A DNA stretch of 64,000 bases from a virus (IMGVR_UViG_3300000968_000002:5344-69343); one strand, 5' to 3'. Numbered from the stretch's first letter, positions 44,976 through 55,067 are shown. Notes: generated by a model from the sequence alone, not told the origin. Translations and numbers: made by a program.

Positions 44976-45390
44976 GGACCTCGAGCGGAATCCCAAGCTG
45001 AGAAAGCTCCCGAATAGCTAGGCTCCGTCCTCCTTTGAATGTTGCAATAGCAGACGCATCATCTTGAGCCATCGCAACTGCCGTTTTGAACCGGCTTTCA
45101 AGACCGTCCACTTTTGCTCTAATATCTCGAACTGCATTTGCTTTCGCTATAACTATCTCAGCGAGCTGTTGAGGAGTCTCACCGCGGAATCGTTCATTAG
45201 CCTCCCTTTCAAACGCCCGAAGGATAAACTCATCCGGGTCATCAGCTCTTTTATAGAGCAGGATTGCAGCGTCTTTTGCCTTATCCACCAATCCGGCTAT
45301 CTTAATTCCATCATCAGATTGCATGATAATTATGCGGACATCAGATGCAAATTTTGCAACGGCGGAAAGCGCTTCCTGCTTAGTCTTCAC
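44962..45390 (-). CDS. Fibre assembly chaperone-like protein
   Basis: EANERFRGETPQQLAEIVIAKA..VDGLE resembles tail fibre chaperones; GTG start with GGAG. Confidence 0.45.
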   Translation of the reverse strand: MKTKQEALSAVAKFASDVRIIIMQSDDGIKIAGLVDKAKDAAILLYKRADDPDEFILRAFEREANERFRGETPQQLAEIVIAKANAVRDIRAKVDGLESRFKTAVAMAQDDASAIATFKGGRSLAIRELSQLGIPLEVLNSL

Positions 45391-45392
45391 GG

Positions 45393-45992
45393 CTATTTTC
45401 TCCGAGGAATGGACATAAGCCAACTATAAGAAATAAGCATATAATCAGTCGCTGTATTTGGTCTTGGGTCTACGTTCACAGGCTTAAAGTAAATTCTTAT
45501 ATCTCCATCAGCCGGTGCGACATAATCGCCAAGAGGGAAAGATCGCCTGATGTAATCGTTCACCGGGCCTGTATTTGCGGTAACGCCTGGTCCACCAGCT
45601 TTCCAAAAACCGCGCCATAGCTGCGCGTGACCATCCTCACTGTCATTGTCTAATCCTATCGAGTCCCAGCGGTTTAGACCGCTTCGATAGCTTATAGATA
45701 TTTCCATGTCGGTGACTGTATTTACATCTGTAATCCGCCCGAAAATATCCAATTCATGCAGGACTGTTCCGGCGCGAACATAATCACCTCTATGCTCCCA
45801 CTCCCGAATAGGCTCGGAGGCAGTGCCTCCGCTTTCTAAAAATTGATAATATGTAGTCCCGAAGTTGTCATCAGCATTCGTGACCCAGCGTGCGTCATTG
45901 TAGCAATAAACACGGCCTGACCCATTGATGACGTTTGTGCTGTACTTAAAAGCACTCACGCCATCCTTGACGATATCAACTAGGGACTTCAT
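45393..45992 (-). CDS. Putative virion fibre/beta-sandwich protein
   Basis: Co-oriented in structural cluster. Confidence 0.45.
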   Translation of the reverse strand: MKSLVDIVKDGVSAFKYSTNVINGSGRVYCYNDARWVTNADDNFGTTYYQFLESGGTASEPIREWEHRGDYVRAGTVLHELDIFGRITDVNTVTDMEISISYRSGLNRWDSIGLDNDSEDGHAQLWRGFWKAGGPGVTANTGPVNDYIRRSFPLGDYVAPADGDIRIYFKPVNVDPRPNTATDYMLISYSWLMSIPRRK

Positions 45993-46001
45993 TTTCTTGT
46001 A

Positions 46002-46655
46002 TTATGCGAGGATGATCGCCTTATACGCGTTTGCTGCTGGAGCGATTTGAAAAGAAACGTCAATTGTATTTACGCCCGTGCGAAGAACATCTGCTATCAC
46101 AGTTTCACCCGTTGCAACCTCAACAATTTGAACAACGGCATTTAGCGTATTCAAGTTATGCGTGACAGTACTCAAGACATTAGCGCCAAGCAATTCATCG
46201 TGTCTTTTGATCGAGAGGATGTTCGCGATATCGCCCTGATTGTCCTTAATAAGCTGGGTGAATTCAGCGATCGTATCGACGGTGGCGTCAACAGCGCTGT
46301 TTGTGAAGGCAGCCATGACGCGCGAGTCGATCACACCTACTAAGTCTGTGATGTCTGCGGCCGCATGAGTATGAGAGGCTAAAGCAAAAGCTGACGCCTC
46401 CATACCATCGAGCAAGTCAGCATCGAGAGATGAGCCCGCTCCGTCAACAGCAAGTAATGCAGCGAGGATTTCTCCACCTGTCATATGTGAGCCGAGGTCA
46501 GCCCATACAGTGCCGTTGGCAAAACGGACGATATTGTTTGTTGTGTTGTAGTAAATTCGGCCTTGAGTAGCCACAGCAGGATCGCTTGGAAGCTTCTCCA
46601 GTACTAGGTTCATGATTGAGTTCAGAACCATATTTAAGGGACTTAAATGTTTCAC
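46002..46655 (-). CDS. Putative virion fibre protein
   Basis: GRIYYNTT, GAGSSLDADLLDG, SHTH, THNLNT motifs seen in fibres. Confidence 0.6.
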   Translation of the reverse strand: MKHLSPLNMVLNSIMNLVLEKLPSDPAVATQGRIYYNTTNNIVRFANGTVWADLGSHMTGGEILAALLAVDGAGSSLDADLLDGMEASAFALASHTHAAADITDLVGVIDSRVMAAFTNSAVDATVDTIAEFTQLIKDNQGDIANILSIKRHDELLGANVLSTVTHNLNTLNAVVQIVEVATGETVIADVLRTGVNTIDVSFQIAPAANAYKAIILA

Positions 46656-46669
46656 GGTGTTCTCCTTGG

Positions 46670-46999
46670 TTAATCCGCTCTGGCCTTACCTGCGATCGGC
46701 TCGCTGAAAGTGATAGTCGTTTGATTTACGCTATCGTGAAAAATATTTCCGATAACCTGCTCACCGGTTCCGTCGGTAATAGTTATGTCTGCTATGTGGC
46801 CTAAGTTATGGGTGATTGTCCATACAGATAATGCTTCCGTCTGATTATGAACAAATGGCCTTGAGCTAACCGAGGCTGGGACTAGAAAAAAGGGCGTTAA
46901 TCTGGCGTTTAAAGATTTGTCATCTTCGCAGAAATCAAGGTTTCCACCTGACTTTGCGTGCAGATTCGCCTTTAGTGTGTATTTAGGGCTTAGAGCCAT
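46670..46999 (-). CDS. Putative virion structural protein
   Basis: FVHNQ..WTITHNLG..TITFSEPIAGKA repeat type shared with the neighbouring gene. Confidence 0.55.
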   Translation of the reverse strand: MALSPKYTLKANLHAKSGGNLDFCEDDKSLNARLTPFFLVPASVSSRPFVHNQTEALSVWTITHNLGHIADITITDGTGEQVIGNIFHDSVNQTTITFSEPIAGKARAD

Positions 47000-47322
47000 T
47001 AGGTAGCGCTCCCGGTCACTCCAGTGTAAATCTCGATCGTTTCTATATCTGTCGAGACCTTAATCCCGCTCGGGTCTGTGAGTTGAATATCGATATAAGC
47101 GAGACCTTCCGGCCATCCCGATGTATCGAGCTCAGAGATTGTTGCCACGCGCTCAGCCGCATTAATCCATGAAAAAGCCAAGGTCGCAATTCTGCGATTG
47201 TCTTTATCAGCTATCCAGCTCGCCCCGGTCCATCCCGTGAGGTCTTGAACTGCATTCCCATTGGAGTCGCTGACCTCCATTGTCCCGGAATAGCTAAAGC
47301 TGTCGCCTTTTTTGAACCGCAT
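46999..47322 (-). CDS. BppU N-terminal-like structural protein
   Basis: KKGDSF, DTSGWP.G.AYIDIQ..DPSG..STD pattern. Confidence 0.55.
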   Translation of the reverse strand: MRFKKGDSFSYSGTMEVSDSNGNAVQDLTGWTGASWIADKDNRRIATLAFSWINAAERVATISELDTSGWPEGLAYIDIQLTDPSGIKVSTDIETIEIYTGVTGSAT

Positions 47323-47431
47323 GGGGAACCTCCTGTCTCATGCTCCTGTATGGCAGAGTGGAGGTTTTGGGAAGGGCTTTAAAATAAGCTTATGCCGTGA
47401 ATAAGCACAGTTCTGGCGGTTGCAGCCAATC

Positions 47432-48397
47432 TTACCTTATTCGGATTGTCTCAACACAGCGGCAGTTGATTACATTAGCTGCAACAGCAGAACGGTCTCC
47501 CGGGTGAGCAATTCTCCCGAGAGAGTTAGTATAGACCTCACCGTGGCGGATAATAACTCCGTTCAGCTCGTCATGAGGAATCCTCTGTCTCCCGTCTTGG
47601 CCAGTATTCCATCGACGCCGGATTGAGTCCACCTCCACCGCCCCGCTCCCGATAGCTTGCTGCAGGGCGTTTCTTCGTCCTCCGTGAACGCTATGAAGGG
47701 CCTCTGTGCGAGCGATATCTTGAGAACGTCGTCTAAGAGCTCCCCTGCGATACCTCTCCACCATACGGTCGATCTCGTCCGGGGATAAGCGGGTCTGCTC
47801 CCGGATGGCGCGACGAATACGCGGGTCTGAACGCTTGTCCCGGAGCTCGCGCGTCAAAGCCTCGCGCTGAAACTGCCTCGCGACGTCATCCTCACCTATT
47901 CGCTCTAAAAGGCGTCTAAAGTTCCTGACCGCACCCTCTTGGTGCTCGGTTAAGCCTATGGCGCCACGGAATTGCCGGGCAACATCTCGTGGGCCTAAAC
48001 CCTCGCGCACACCCTCGAGAATTGCAGATCGGACAGCCCGTGTCTGCTTCTCTGAAAAATCATTTATAAACTCGAGCCGGTTTTGTCGCATGAGATCGAC
48101 CGCTTGCTGGTTTGTAATATCAAATCCAATTGTCGCGACACTGCCTGACTGGATATATGTCGCAGTCGCGCGCCCGGCTTCAATAAAGGCCTGCTGGTTT
48201 GCGTTTGCCGTACTGATAGCAATTTGCTCAACAGCCTCAATTGCATCAAGGAGCCTGTTCTCCCGGATAAGTCGCTCGAGACGCCCGATGTCGAGATCGT
48301 TCAGGAGCTCGTTGATCGCAATATCAAAAAAACGCCCGATCCGGCGCTCTTGTTGTGCAAGCAATCGTCTAACACTTTCGACGGATTCCCACTCCAT
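47432..48397 (-). CDS. Head morphogenesis protein (Mu gpF / SPP1 gp7-like)
   Basis: IARTE, W.TGQDGRQR..H..LNG, HPGD, NVINCRC. Confidence 0.9.
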   Translation of the reverse strand: MEWESVESVRRLLAQQERRIGRFFDIAINELLNDLDIGRLERLIRENRLLDAIEAVEQIAISTANANQQAFIEAGRATATYIQSGSVATIGFDITNQQAVDLMRQNRLEFINDFSEKQTRAVRSAILEGVREGLGPRDVARQFRGAIGLTEHQEGAVRNFRRLLERIGEDDVARQFQREALTRELRDKRSDPRIRRAIREQTRLSPDEIDRMVERYRRGALRRRSQDIARTEALHSVHGGRRNALQQAIGSGAVEVDSIRRRWNTGQDGRQRIPHDELNGVIIRHGEVYTNSLGRIAHPGDRSAVAANVINCRCVETIRIR

Positions 48398-48400
48398 TGA

Positions 48401-48784
48401 CTAACGCCTAACGTGAAGGCTGTAGGTCGCGGCTGCGGGGTCTCGATCGAGAAGGGATAAAACAAGAAACTTTACATCCTCCCCATTGTCTTCAATCGTG
48501 AGCTGATCTCCTTTTTCAGGAATAATCCCAAGAGGAAGGCTTCCTCCGATAATAGTGACCTTGCGATCGTCAGCCAAGGCCTCAACTTTCCGCAGGTCTT
48601 GGACAGATAAAGACTCCGTAAACCCTCGGCAGGGGTGATCGTAATTAATAGACCGAGGCGCTGCGGTTAGATCATCCGTATCACCTCGCTCAACCCGACG
48701 ACGTAAAGTGGCCGGCAGGACACCTTCGCTCACGTTGTCGTGGATAATCCCGGCAATATCGACACCGAATAGCTCGTTTCCCAT
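48401..48784 (-). CDS. Head closure protein
   Basis: LFGVDIA, PEKGD, DPAAATY; position. Confidence 0.65.
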   Translation of the reverse strand: MGNELFGVDIAGIIHDNVSEGVLPATLRRRVERGDTDDLTAAPRSINYDHPCRGFTESLSVQDLRKVEALADDRKVTIIGGSLPLGIIPEKGDQLTIEDNGEDVKFLVLSLLDRDPAAATYSLHVRR

Positions 48785-48875
48785 CTCTAATCCTTGTTAC
48801 TTGGTGTTCTAGGCCTGTTACTTGGTGTTTGAGGGCTCAAAAATATAGCTCGAGCCCGCTTATTATAATTTCGGC

Positions 48876-49400
48876 CTATGAGTAAGGCCTGTTTAATCCG
48901 TTCTTGCAAGGCTCTTTACAGCGCGGCTGCCCTGCTCCTCCGTCAAATGGTGCCGTAAGAGCTGATAGAGCCTCGTCATCAGATAAACCTCCAGCCCCGT
49001 TTAATAGCTCTCGCAGATCCCGAAAAACGCGAGAGGGGAGGATTTCAGCGGCTTTAGCGGTGAAAAACTCCACCTCTGCGCTCCCGGCTCTAACGCGCCT
49101 AATATTTGCCCCCGATCCAAGCGTGTCGAGAATCCTCGGGTTTACAGCGATATTTGCAGCGAAAATTATGGTGGCGTCAGTAACGGCTTGAGCGGGCGAG
49201 GACGCAGAAGGGACACCGTCTTTCCACGAAAGGTTCTCAAGATAGCGAGTTGCAGAGATAAGAGCTCTCTCTTTTGCCCCTGATGCTGTTAACCCCTCCC
49301 ATGAGGCATAGAGATACGCGTCCGCAGCAAGATACTCATCTGCCGCACTCACGCTTGCGTATGAGTTATATGATGCGCCGGATAAAACAATCTGAACCAT
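48876..49400 (-). CDS. Head-tail adaptor
   Basis: YNSYASVSAADEY, ALISATRYL, VRAGSAEVEF. Confidence 0.75.
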   Translation of the reverse strand: MVQIVLSGASYNSYASVSAADEYLAADAYLYASWEGLTASGAKERALISATRYLENLSWKDGVPSASSPAQAVTDATIIFAANIAVNPRILDTLGSGANIRRVRAGSAEVEFFTAKAAEILPSRVFRDLRELLNGAGGLSDDEALSALTAPFDGGAGQPRCKEPCKNGLNRPYS

Positions 49401-50867
49401 TTACTCCTCCTCGTCGTTTTCTTTGTTGTTAGGGTCATCCTCGAATGGATTAGGCGATCCTCTTCGGGGGCCTCCCGCGTCCGGGTCTCGAGGGTCAAGA
49501 GAGCCTGCCTCAGGGATTATGTCGTCAGGCCTTACGGGAGCTCCCATTTCGTTTCGAGCCCAATCAATAATTGGGTCCTCGGGGTCAAGACCACCAGAGG
49601 CCGCAGATAGGTCACGAATTCCAGCGAGGAGGTCTATGATGTCCTGCATCTTAGGGGCCTCATACCCGAGACTAGGGAGGCTGTCCTCATCCCATCCGTT
49701 CAAGCGGGCGATTTGGCGCAATAGGTCACGCTTATATACAAAAGCGAGATACTCGAGCGTGCTCTCAACAGCGAGCATGAATGCGTCCATTTTGGTTTTG
49801 GAGAGAGCCAGGCTTCCGGCGCCATCTTCACCCAAGAGCAAAAATGAGCTCGCGAGGCCTAGCGCAACGTCATTTCTCGATCGAGTGATCGCCGTCTGTA
49901 GGTCTGTTTGCGCGATACCGTCACCACGCAGGAGCTCAACAGAGTATTGAAAGCTCGTGGATGGCTTCCCGTCCCGGTCTTGATAAGTCGTGCTGTCTAG
50001 CAACATACCAGAGCTATCCTTGCGCTCGTGGTTGCTGATAAAACCTCGCAGGACCTCGACCTTTTTGTTTGCGTCGTCAGCCGTCATGGAACCGGCAGCA
50101 ACAGCCCTCCGCATCTCCTCAAGGGGAGCTCGCAAGATTGGGATTCCCCGTAAGTCGTTTGTGAACCCAACGCTCTCGAGCTCATAATAGTTCTCGAGAC
50201 GCTCTGTAGTCGTGAATATCTGCCGCAGAAGGCCTAACCCCTCGGGGCTATCGTTTAATGCGTCGTCCACGCAATAGATCAAGCGACGGCGCTCGATCGG
50301 CAAGAGCTCGCCATCATTCGGGTTTCTCTGCTCTACACCGACAATCTGTCCGCGATCGTCAATGTCCCAGCGCTCAATCGTATGCTGCGCCCGGGGCTCA
50401 ATGTCCGCAATCCCGATCGTGCCGTCACCGAGTCGCTTTGCGGTCCACTCTTGAAGGCCGAAACCGTAGAATACATACATCCCTGATCGCCTAACGATTT
50501 GAGGCCACGCGGTCTCCATTTTATCGAGGATGCTCTCGATTGCTTCCGCTTGGCGCGCGGATTCGGCATCACCCTCGATCGGAATAGGTGTCCATTTCGT
50601 CTTTTGGAGCGTTGAAAGAAAGACCCGCATCCCGCTCGAGACCACGAGATGATTGGCGATAATCTCGCTAAAGGTCTCATATTTATGCTTGCGACGGAGC
50701 TTAGGATTGTCCTCGTGCTCCCCAATATAGCCGTGCGAGTGCTGAAATCCCGGCTTACCTTGGCGAGTTGTGGGTCCGCCAGAGGCCCGGCGTCTACGGC
50801 CTCTCCCAAAAGAGAAACGCTTTCCGAGCTCACCAAAGCTCCAGCTCATATTATTGTTGTCCGCCAT
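49401..50867 (-). CDS. Portal protein (DUF935 / Mu gp29-like)
   Basis: YGFGLQEW, DSPEGLGLLR, GSLALS; size and position. Confidence 0.85.
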   Translation of the reverse strand: MADNNNMSWSFGELGKRFSFGRGRRRRASGGPTTRQGKPGFQHSHGYIGEHEDNPKLRRKHKYETFSEIIANHLVVSSGMRVFLSTLQKTKWTPIPIEGDAESARQAEAIESILDKMETAWPQIVRRSGMYVFYGFGLQEWTAKRLGDGTIGIADIEPRAQHTIERWDIDDRGQIVGVEQRNPNDGELLPIERRRLIYCVDDALNDSPEGLGLLRQIFTTTERLENYYELESVGFTNDLRGIPILRAPLEEMRRAVAAGSMTADDANKKVEVLRGFISNHERKDSSGMLLDSTTYQDRDGKPSTSFQYSVELLRGDGIAQTDLQTAITRSRNDVALGLASSFLLLGEDGAGSLALSKTKMDAFMLAVESTLEYLAFVYKRDLLRQIARLNGWDEDSLPSLGYEAPKMQDIIDLLAGIRDLSAASGGLDPEDPIIDWARNEMGAPVRPDDIIPEAGSLDPRDPDAGGPRRGSPNPFEDDPNNKENDEEE

Positions 50868-50908
50868 ATTCGGTTCTCCTCCCCTATGCCTATGGAGGAA
50901 AAACGGTC

Positions 50909-50945
50909 AAAAAAAAAGCCCGCAGGTCTAAAACGACACAATGGG
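50909..50945 (-). terminator. Possible terminator upstream of portal
   Basis: GCCC...GGGC with T8 on minus strand; short stem. Confidence 0.4.
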
Positions 50946-51064
50946 CAAGGTATTAGGTGAATGATGGTGTCCCCTAGAGAGAGACAATCTTTCTATTTCA
51001 CAGGATTGTTAGAAGGTCAAGAGTGCGCCAGTTATAGGTAAGTAAAGGGCTTGCAGGCGCATGA

Positions 51065-51529
51065 TTAAGTCTCTCCGCAACCACGCCCCACCTGCCCTTG
51101 ATTATCCTTAGAAACGAAATCTTTCCAATGAACCCATCCTTTAGGACAATGAAATCCCCAATCACGAATTCTTGGGCCTGTAACAAATAAGGTCCATACA
51201 TTCTTCGGTGTGTCATCAGTACCTCTAATTGACCCGACTATAAGTCGGTGTGCCGCTTTTGCTTTTCGGAAGTAAGGACGCCAAGGTTTTAACTGCCTCA
51301 TAACATGAACTACCCCCTTAGAGTTTTTGATTTTTCTCAACTCAAACAGACTTCCTTTCAAAACAAAAGACATTGAGACCCAAGGGTGGTCATGCAGCGC
51401 CCTATCGTCATCATCTCTACGAATATTATGCAAGTAGATATTAAAAAACTTATTGCGAGGAATTATCCACCAACGACGAATGTATGGGTCATTGGGCTCA
51501 CCAATTATAAAATCAGGCTCTCTTTTCAT
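51065..51529 (-). CDS. Cupin-like phage protein
   Basis: YLHNI..DDDRALHDHPW.S.SFVLKG, AHRL, WTLFVTG. Confidence 0.7.
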   Translation of the reverse strand: MKREPDFIIGEPNDPYIRRWWIIPRNKFFNIYLHNIRRDDDDRALHDHPWVSMSFVLKGSLFELRKIKNSKGVVHVMRQLKPWRPYFRKAKAAHRLIVGSIRGTDDTPKNVWTLFVTGPRIRDWGFHCPKGWVHWKDFVSKDNQGQVGRGCGET

Positions 51530-51855
51530 CTTTCAATCTCCGATAAATTACTTGCGATCATTTTTAAAAACAAAACCCCTTTGCCGGTCCTCCCGACAAT
51601 AATCGACCTCCGATCGCGCGCGTCCGGGAGGCGCTGAATAAGATCCATCTTGCAGAGCGTATCTATCGCCCGGCAGACTGCCGCCTTTTTGATCTTGAGG
51701 TATTTTGATAATCCACGAACCGTATGCTGCTCTTCACCTAAGTAAACCGTCAGGAGAATCGATAGGTTTCGGATTGTAATTTGGGGTGGAAGCGTCCGTG
51801 TAATTCCGAGGAGAGATAGCTCCAGCGACCGGAGACGGTCGATATCGCTAATCAC
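51526..51855 (-). CDS. MarR-family transcriptional regulator
   Basis: HTVRGLSKYLKIKKAAVCRAIDTL..LIQR..D.RDRRS..V.RT.KG. Confidence 0.9.
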   Translation of the reverse strand: MISDIDRLRSLELSLLGITRTLPPQITIRNLSILLTVYLGEEQHTVRGLSKYLKIKKAAVCRAIDTLCKMDLIQRLPDARDRRSIIVGRTGKGVLFLKMIASNLSEIER

Positions 51856-52192
51856 GACTTGAGACCTTTCTAACCTTTAGGAAGCGACTGCTTCTATAAA
51901 GAACCCATCGCCTTTCGTATCTAAACGGAACCTTTCTGCGGTTGAATAACTTACAAGCATCCGCCGTTCCCATTATTGGCCGGATTTGACGCCTTCCGAG
52001 TTTATATACTTTAGGCATTTCTGAATCCTGTAAAAGGAGGACAAGTGCAAACTAAAAACCTACGTGCAAGCTTAGGTCTCCTGCAAAGAGGTGAAACGCA
52101 CTTCCGGCGCTCGCACAAAGCCATATAGGGAAACTTGTAGTTCCCTGCTCCGCCATGTTTGACGACCTGAACCTGTCCAACAACACTCACTT

Positions 52193-52753
52193 TTACCTCA
52201 CTCGAGACTGAACGAAAGACCGCCACGACGCCCGAACATCTATAATCCGATATTTAGGCGGAAACGTAATAGGGTAAAATCCCTCCATCGGGATATCGGA
52301 GTCGATCATACACCAACGGACCCAATGTGGCCATTGGAGGCGCACATAAAACGTGAATTTGAATATCATTTCTCCGATACGCATCTCTGACCGTTTTTTC
52401 GGGAAAGCGCTAAACCGGAACGCATATCTTAAACTCGATAGCTCCTTGCCCACGAATATACGGAAGGGGAAAAAGTCGTGCGGCGTGCGACCTGTCCACT
52501 TCCGGGCATCGAAGGTCCGCTCTTTTATGAATGCCTCGCCTTTATACTCATCAAGAACAATCATCTCGAAATCAGTTTCATGGCGAGAAGCTGGAACGCT
52601 TGTGAAGGCTTTGATCTCAAACCAGCCCTCATCGAGATCATAAGCTGAGACTGATGGGACCATCTTTCCGCCATAAGCATAGAATCGGACCATGTTCTGA
52701 AACTCGGGCTTACCCTGCTTCTCGGAATTGTATTTCCTTGGGATTTCGATCAT
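52193..52753 (-). CDS. Hypothetical protein
   Basis: Long coupled ORF. Confidence 0.55.
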   Translation of the reverse strand: MIEIPRKYNSEKQGKPEFQNMVRFYAYGGKMVPSVSAYDLDEGWFEIKAFTSVPASRHETDFEMIVLDEYKGEAFIKERTFDARKWTGRTPHDFFPFRIFVGKELSSLRYAFRFSAFPKKRSEMRIGEMIFKFTFYVRLQWPHWVRWCMIDSDIPMEGFYPITFPPKYRIIDVRASWRSFVQSRVR

Positions 52754-53301
52754 CAGCCTTCCTCCATCTTTGGCGGCGCGATTGGGAACCTAGTACAGAC
52801 ATGCGTTGGCTGGCTGTCTCTAGCCCCTTCGTGGATAGTGTCGCAATTTGGACACCAATCCCAACTTTTAAACTGACCGCTTTCATCATCAAAATTCACG
52901 GAACGGACACCACTAATATTCCAATCTGCGTCTATCCAATTAGCACTAAAGCCCCATTGCGCGCTATGCTTATCGCTATCCTCAATCTTCACCCACCTTT
53001 CCGATTGGCTTTGCAGGCGGGTGATGATGAAACGAAGTTCGGCTTCTTCGATATGAATTGTTGAAGGTCTTTTCAGATGCTCTCTTGGACTTTCGTATAA
53101 TAATCGCAACCGCTCAACCAGCTCATCATCCTCAACCTTAGAGGCAGCGAAAGCGGCTAGGGCTTGTTCAATCGCCTCGGCCCAGACGAGTTTGTCAGGC
53201 ATGTTGTCTTTCAAATACCTGAGCAATGTTAGCAAAGCGGTTTCCTGCATAAGGTCACCAAGAGTTTCATTTTCTGCCAGTCTATCATTTGGTGTGGTCA
53301 T
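52753..53301 (-). CDS. Hypothetical protein
   Basis: Coupled ORF, C-terminal CPNC. Confidence 0.55.
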   Translation of the reverse strand: MTTPNDRLAENETLGDLMQETALLTLLRYLKDNMPDKLVWAEAIEQALAAFAASKVEDDELVERLRLLYESPREHLKRPSTIHIEEAELRFIITRLQSQSERWVKIEDSDKHSAQWGFSANWIDADWNISGVRSVNFDDESGQFKSWDWCPNCDTIHEGARDSQPTHVCTRFPIAPPKMEEG

Positions 53302-53507
53302 GAATGTGAAACCTTTCTTAAAATATCTATCGCGTAAAAGCTTTCCGGGTCAGAGGCGTGCTCTGCCATAGACCTAATATCGCCTTCATTCATATCAGAC
53401 TGTATGATTACAGCCTCGGTCTCAGTGGGGATGCGATCGATAAACCACTGCATTGCAGCCGCCTCCGGGTGTGGCTTTGGCTTTTTGGGCTCATCAACAA
53501 AGATCAT
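53298..53507 (-). CDS. Hypothetical protein
   Basis: ATG 53507 just after upstream stop. Confidence 0.45.
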   Translation of the reverse strand: MIFVDEPKKPKPHPEAAAMQWFIDRIPTETEAVIIQSDMNEGDIRSMAEHASDPESFYAIDILRKVSHS

Positions 53508-53511
53508 CGAC

Positions 53512-53823
53512 TTAAAAGACACAGCCGCACTCCATTTCAGGGTCAGGATTGCCGCAAAAACCACATTTATGTACTGGCTTAGGAGCGGGTTTCGATTGGA
53601 TATAGGCATCGACAGCGAGGGCGAGAACGTTGTTCCCCTTCACAATCTCATGCGTTGCAGCGTTATAGGCCTTGATGTAGGACTCGATCCAAAGCTCCCG
53701 GACAAACGCAGGAGGGCGGCCATCGATACCGTTCTCACGATAATAGGCGGAAAGGGCCTCCTCGGCTCTTATGGAGAGAGCTTCCCGGACCGCCTCAACG
53801 TCGCCAATGCTGTAGATATCCAT
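53512..53823 (-). CDS. Hypothetical protein with C-terminal CxxC
   Basis: TAATG coupling; CGFCG..CGC. Confidence 0.5.
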   Translation of the reverse strand: MDIYSIGDVEAVREALSIRAEEALSAYYRENGIDGRPPAFVRELWIESYIKAYNAATHEIVKGNNVLALAVDAYIQSKPAPKPVHKCGFCGNPDPEMECGCVF

Positions 53824-53996
53824 TAGAGCAGGCTCTTGACGTAGATATTCATCAAGTCGCGCGCAACAACAGGAATGCCCTCAATATCGAGCTCGACCTC
53901 CCCTTCGGGAACCCTCCCATTGTCTTCGTCGTTAGCTAAATAGACCTTGCCAGATTGCTTATCGACACGGATAGAAAAGTTTTCATCCAGCTTCAT
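53823..53996 (-). CDS. Hypothetical protein
   Basis: GAGGAG RBS before ATG 53996. Confidence 0.5.
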   Translation of the reverse strand: MKLDENFSIRVDKQSGKVYLANDEDNGRVPEGEVELDIEGIPVVARDLMNIYVKSLL

Positions 53997-54513
53997 GGTC
54001 GCACTCCTCGACAATAAACTCTGGCTGGCCACCCTCGATGTACTCGATGACCTTAGAGATATCTCTCCCTCTAAGCTCGGTTACAAGCCAGCGATCTCCA
54101 TCAAGGGGATAGTGATAGATGTTTGGGGCGGCATAGCCCGCAGAGACAACAACTGCACCATCACTGATATAAAGATTTGTTTTTATCGGATTTGAAAACT
54201 CAAGACTGCAAGCCTCCATTGCATCCCTTAAAACATTGCAAGGTCCATAATCGCAGGAAAGGCGATAGTCATAGTGATCGGTCTCCGGGTTCCACTCCGG
54301 TCTCTTTGGTGTCATAAGCCTTTGGAATAAGGCCTCCTCAAACCTATCCATATCATCCTCGGGGGCAGTCTTCTCGACCATTGCCATAAGACCTTCGCTC
54401 ATTACCCCTTGAGGTGATCGATCTCCATTGTCTTTATTCGGGTTGACGCAAAGACGTCTCCATACTTGAGCCGCTCGACGGCATAATACGGGATTCGGTT
54501 TCTGTTGTGACAT
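53983..54513 (-). CDS. Hypothetical protein
   Basis: AGAGGA RBS before ATG 54513. Confidence 0.6.
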   Translation of the reverse strand: MSQQKPNPVLCRRAAQVWRRLCVNPNKDNGDRSPQGVMSEGLMAMVEKTAPEDDMDRFEEALFQRLMTPKRPEWNPETDHYDYRLSCDYGPCNVLRDAMEACSLEFSNPIKTNLYISDGAVVVSAGYAAPNIYHYPLDGDRWLVTELRGRDISKVIEYIEGGQPEFIVEECDHEAG

Positions 54514-54668
54514 AAGGTCCTCTATATGGTTTCGCATTTGGAGCGGGGTCGAGATCGGAAGCCTCAAACTGGAACGGGGCGCATTGTTCCAGCATCATCC
54601 TAATCCCCGCGTGTATAGTCTGTCCCACTGTCAAGCGTCTCATTCCGCTTTGTCAAAAGGTCTTACAC

Positions 54669-55028
54669 CTATCCTCTGTAGCCTCGTCCGAAATCTCTAT
54701 AAGTTTTTCTTCTGTGGCAATTCGCGCACCTAACTTCGCATTTTTCAATCTCTGACTTTACAGAATTTAAGGAGTAATTACCTGAAACGGAATCCCCTAT
54801 ATTAAAGCGCTTGTCAAAATGAGACATATGATCGAACTCTAAAACAATCGGATCAGGCTCACCGCAATCAATGCACGGATTGGACCTTAAATGTGAAAGA
54901 ATATAAGCTCTAACCTTAGATGCTGTAACTTTATTGTGCTCCTTAGCTCTAGCCTTGTAGGCAGGTTTGTTTTTTTGATAATGACGTCGAGAGGCCTCGC
55001 GGCGCTTTTCTATGTCCTTATACGGCAT
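54669..55028 (-). CDS. HNH endonuclease
   Basis: CIDCGE..LEFDH..KCEVRCANCHR. Confidence 0.9.
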   Translation of the reverse strand: MPYKDIEKRREASRRHYQKNKPAYKARAKEHNKVTASKVRAYILSHLRSNPCIDCGEPDPIVLEFDHMSHFDKRFNIGDSVSGNYSLNSVKSEIEKCEVRCANCHRRKTYRDFGRGYRG

Positions 55029-55032
55029 GAAA

Positions 55033-55063
55033 TCTCGATAAATAGAGATTAGGGTGTGGTCAA
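55033..55063 (-). promoter_or_regulatory. Promoter TTGACC-N17-TATCGA overlapped by dyad box; leaderless HNH transcript
   Basis: Box TCTCGATAAATAGAGA at 55033-55048; -10 ends 6 nt before ATG 55028. Confidence 0.6.
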
Positions 55064-55067
55064 GGAT

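Noticed and set aside
48876-49400. Possible DnaT-like replication protein
   Set aside because: Position directly after the portal fits a head-tail adaptor, which this family label often covers in phages
50998-51216. 72-aa ORF overlapping the cupin gene
   Set aside because: Mostly an alternative frame of the cupin gene; no support
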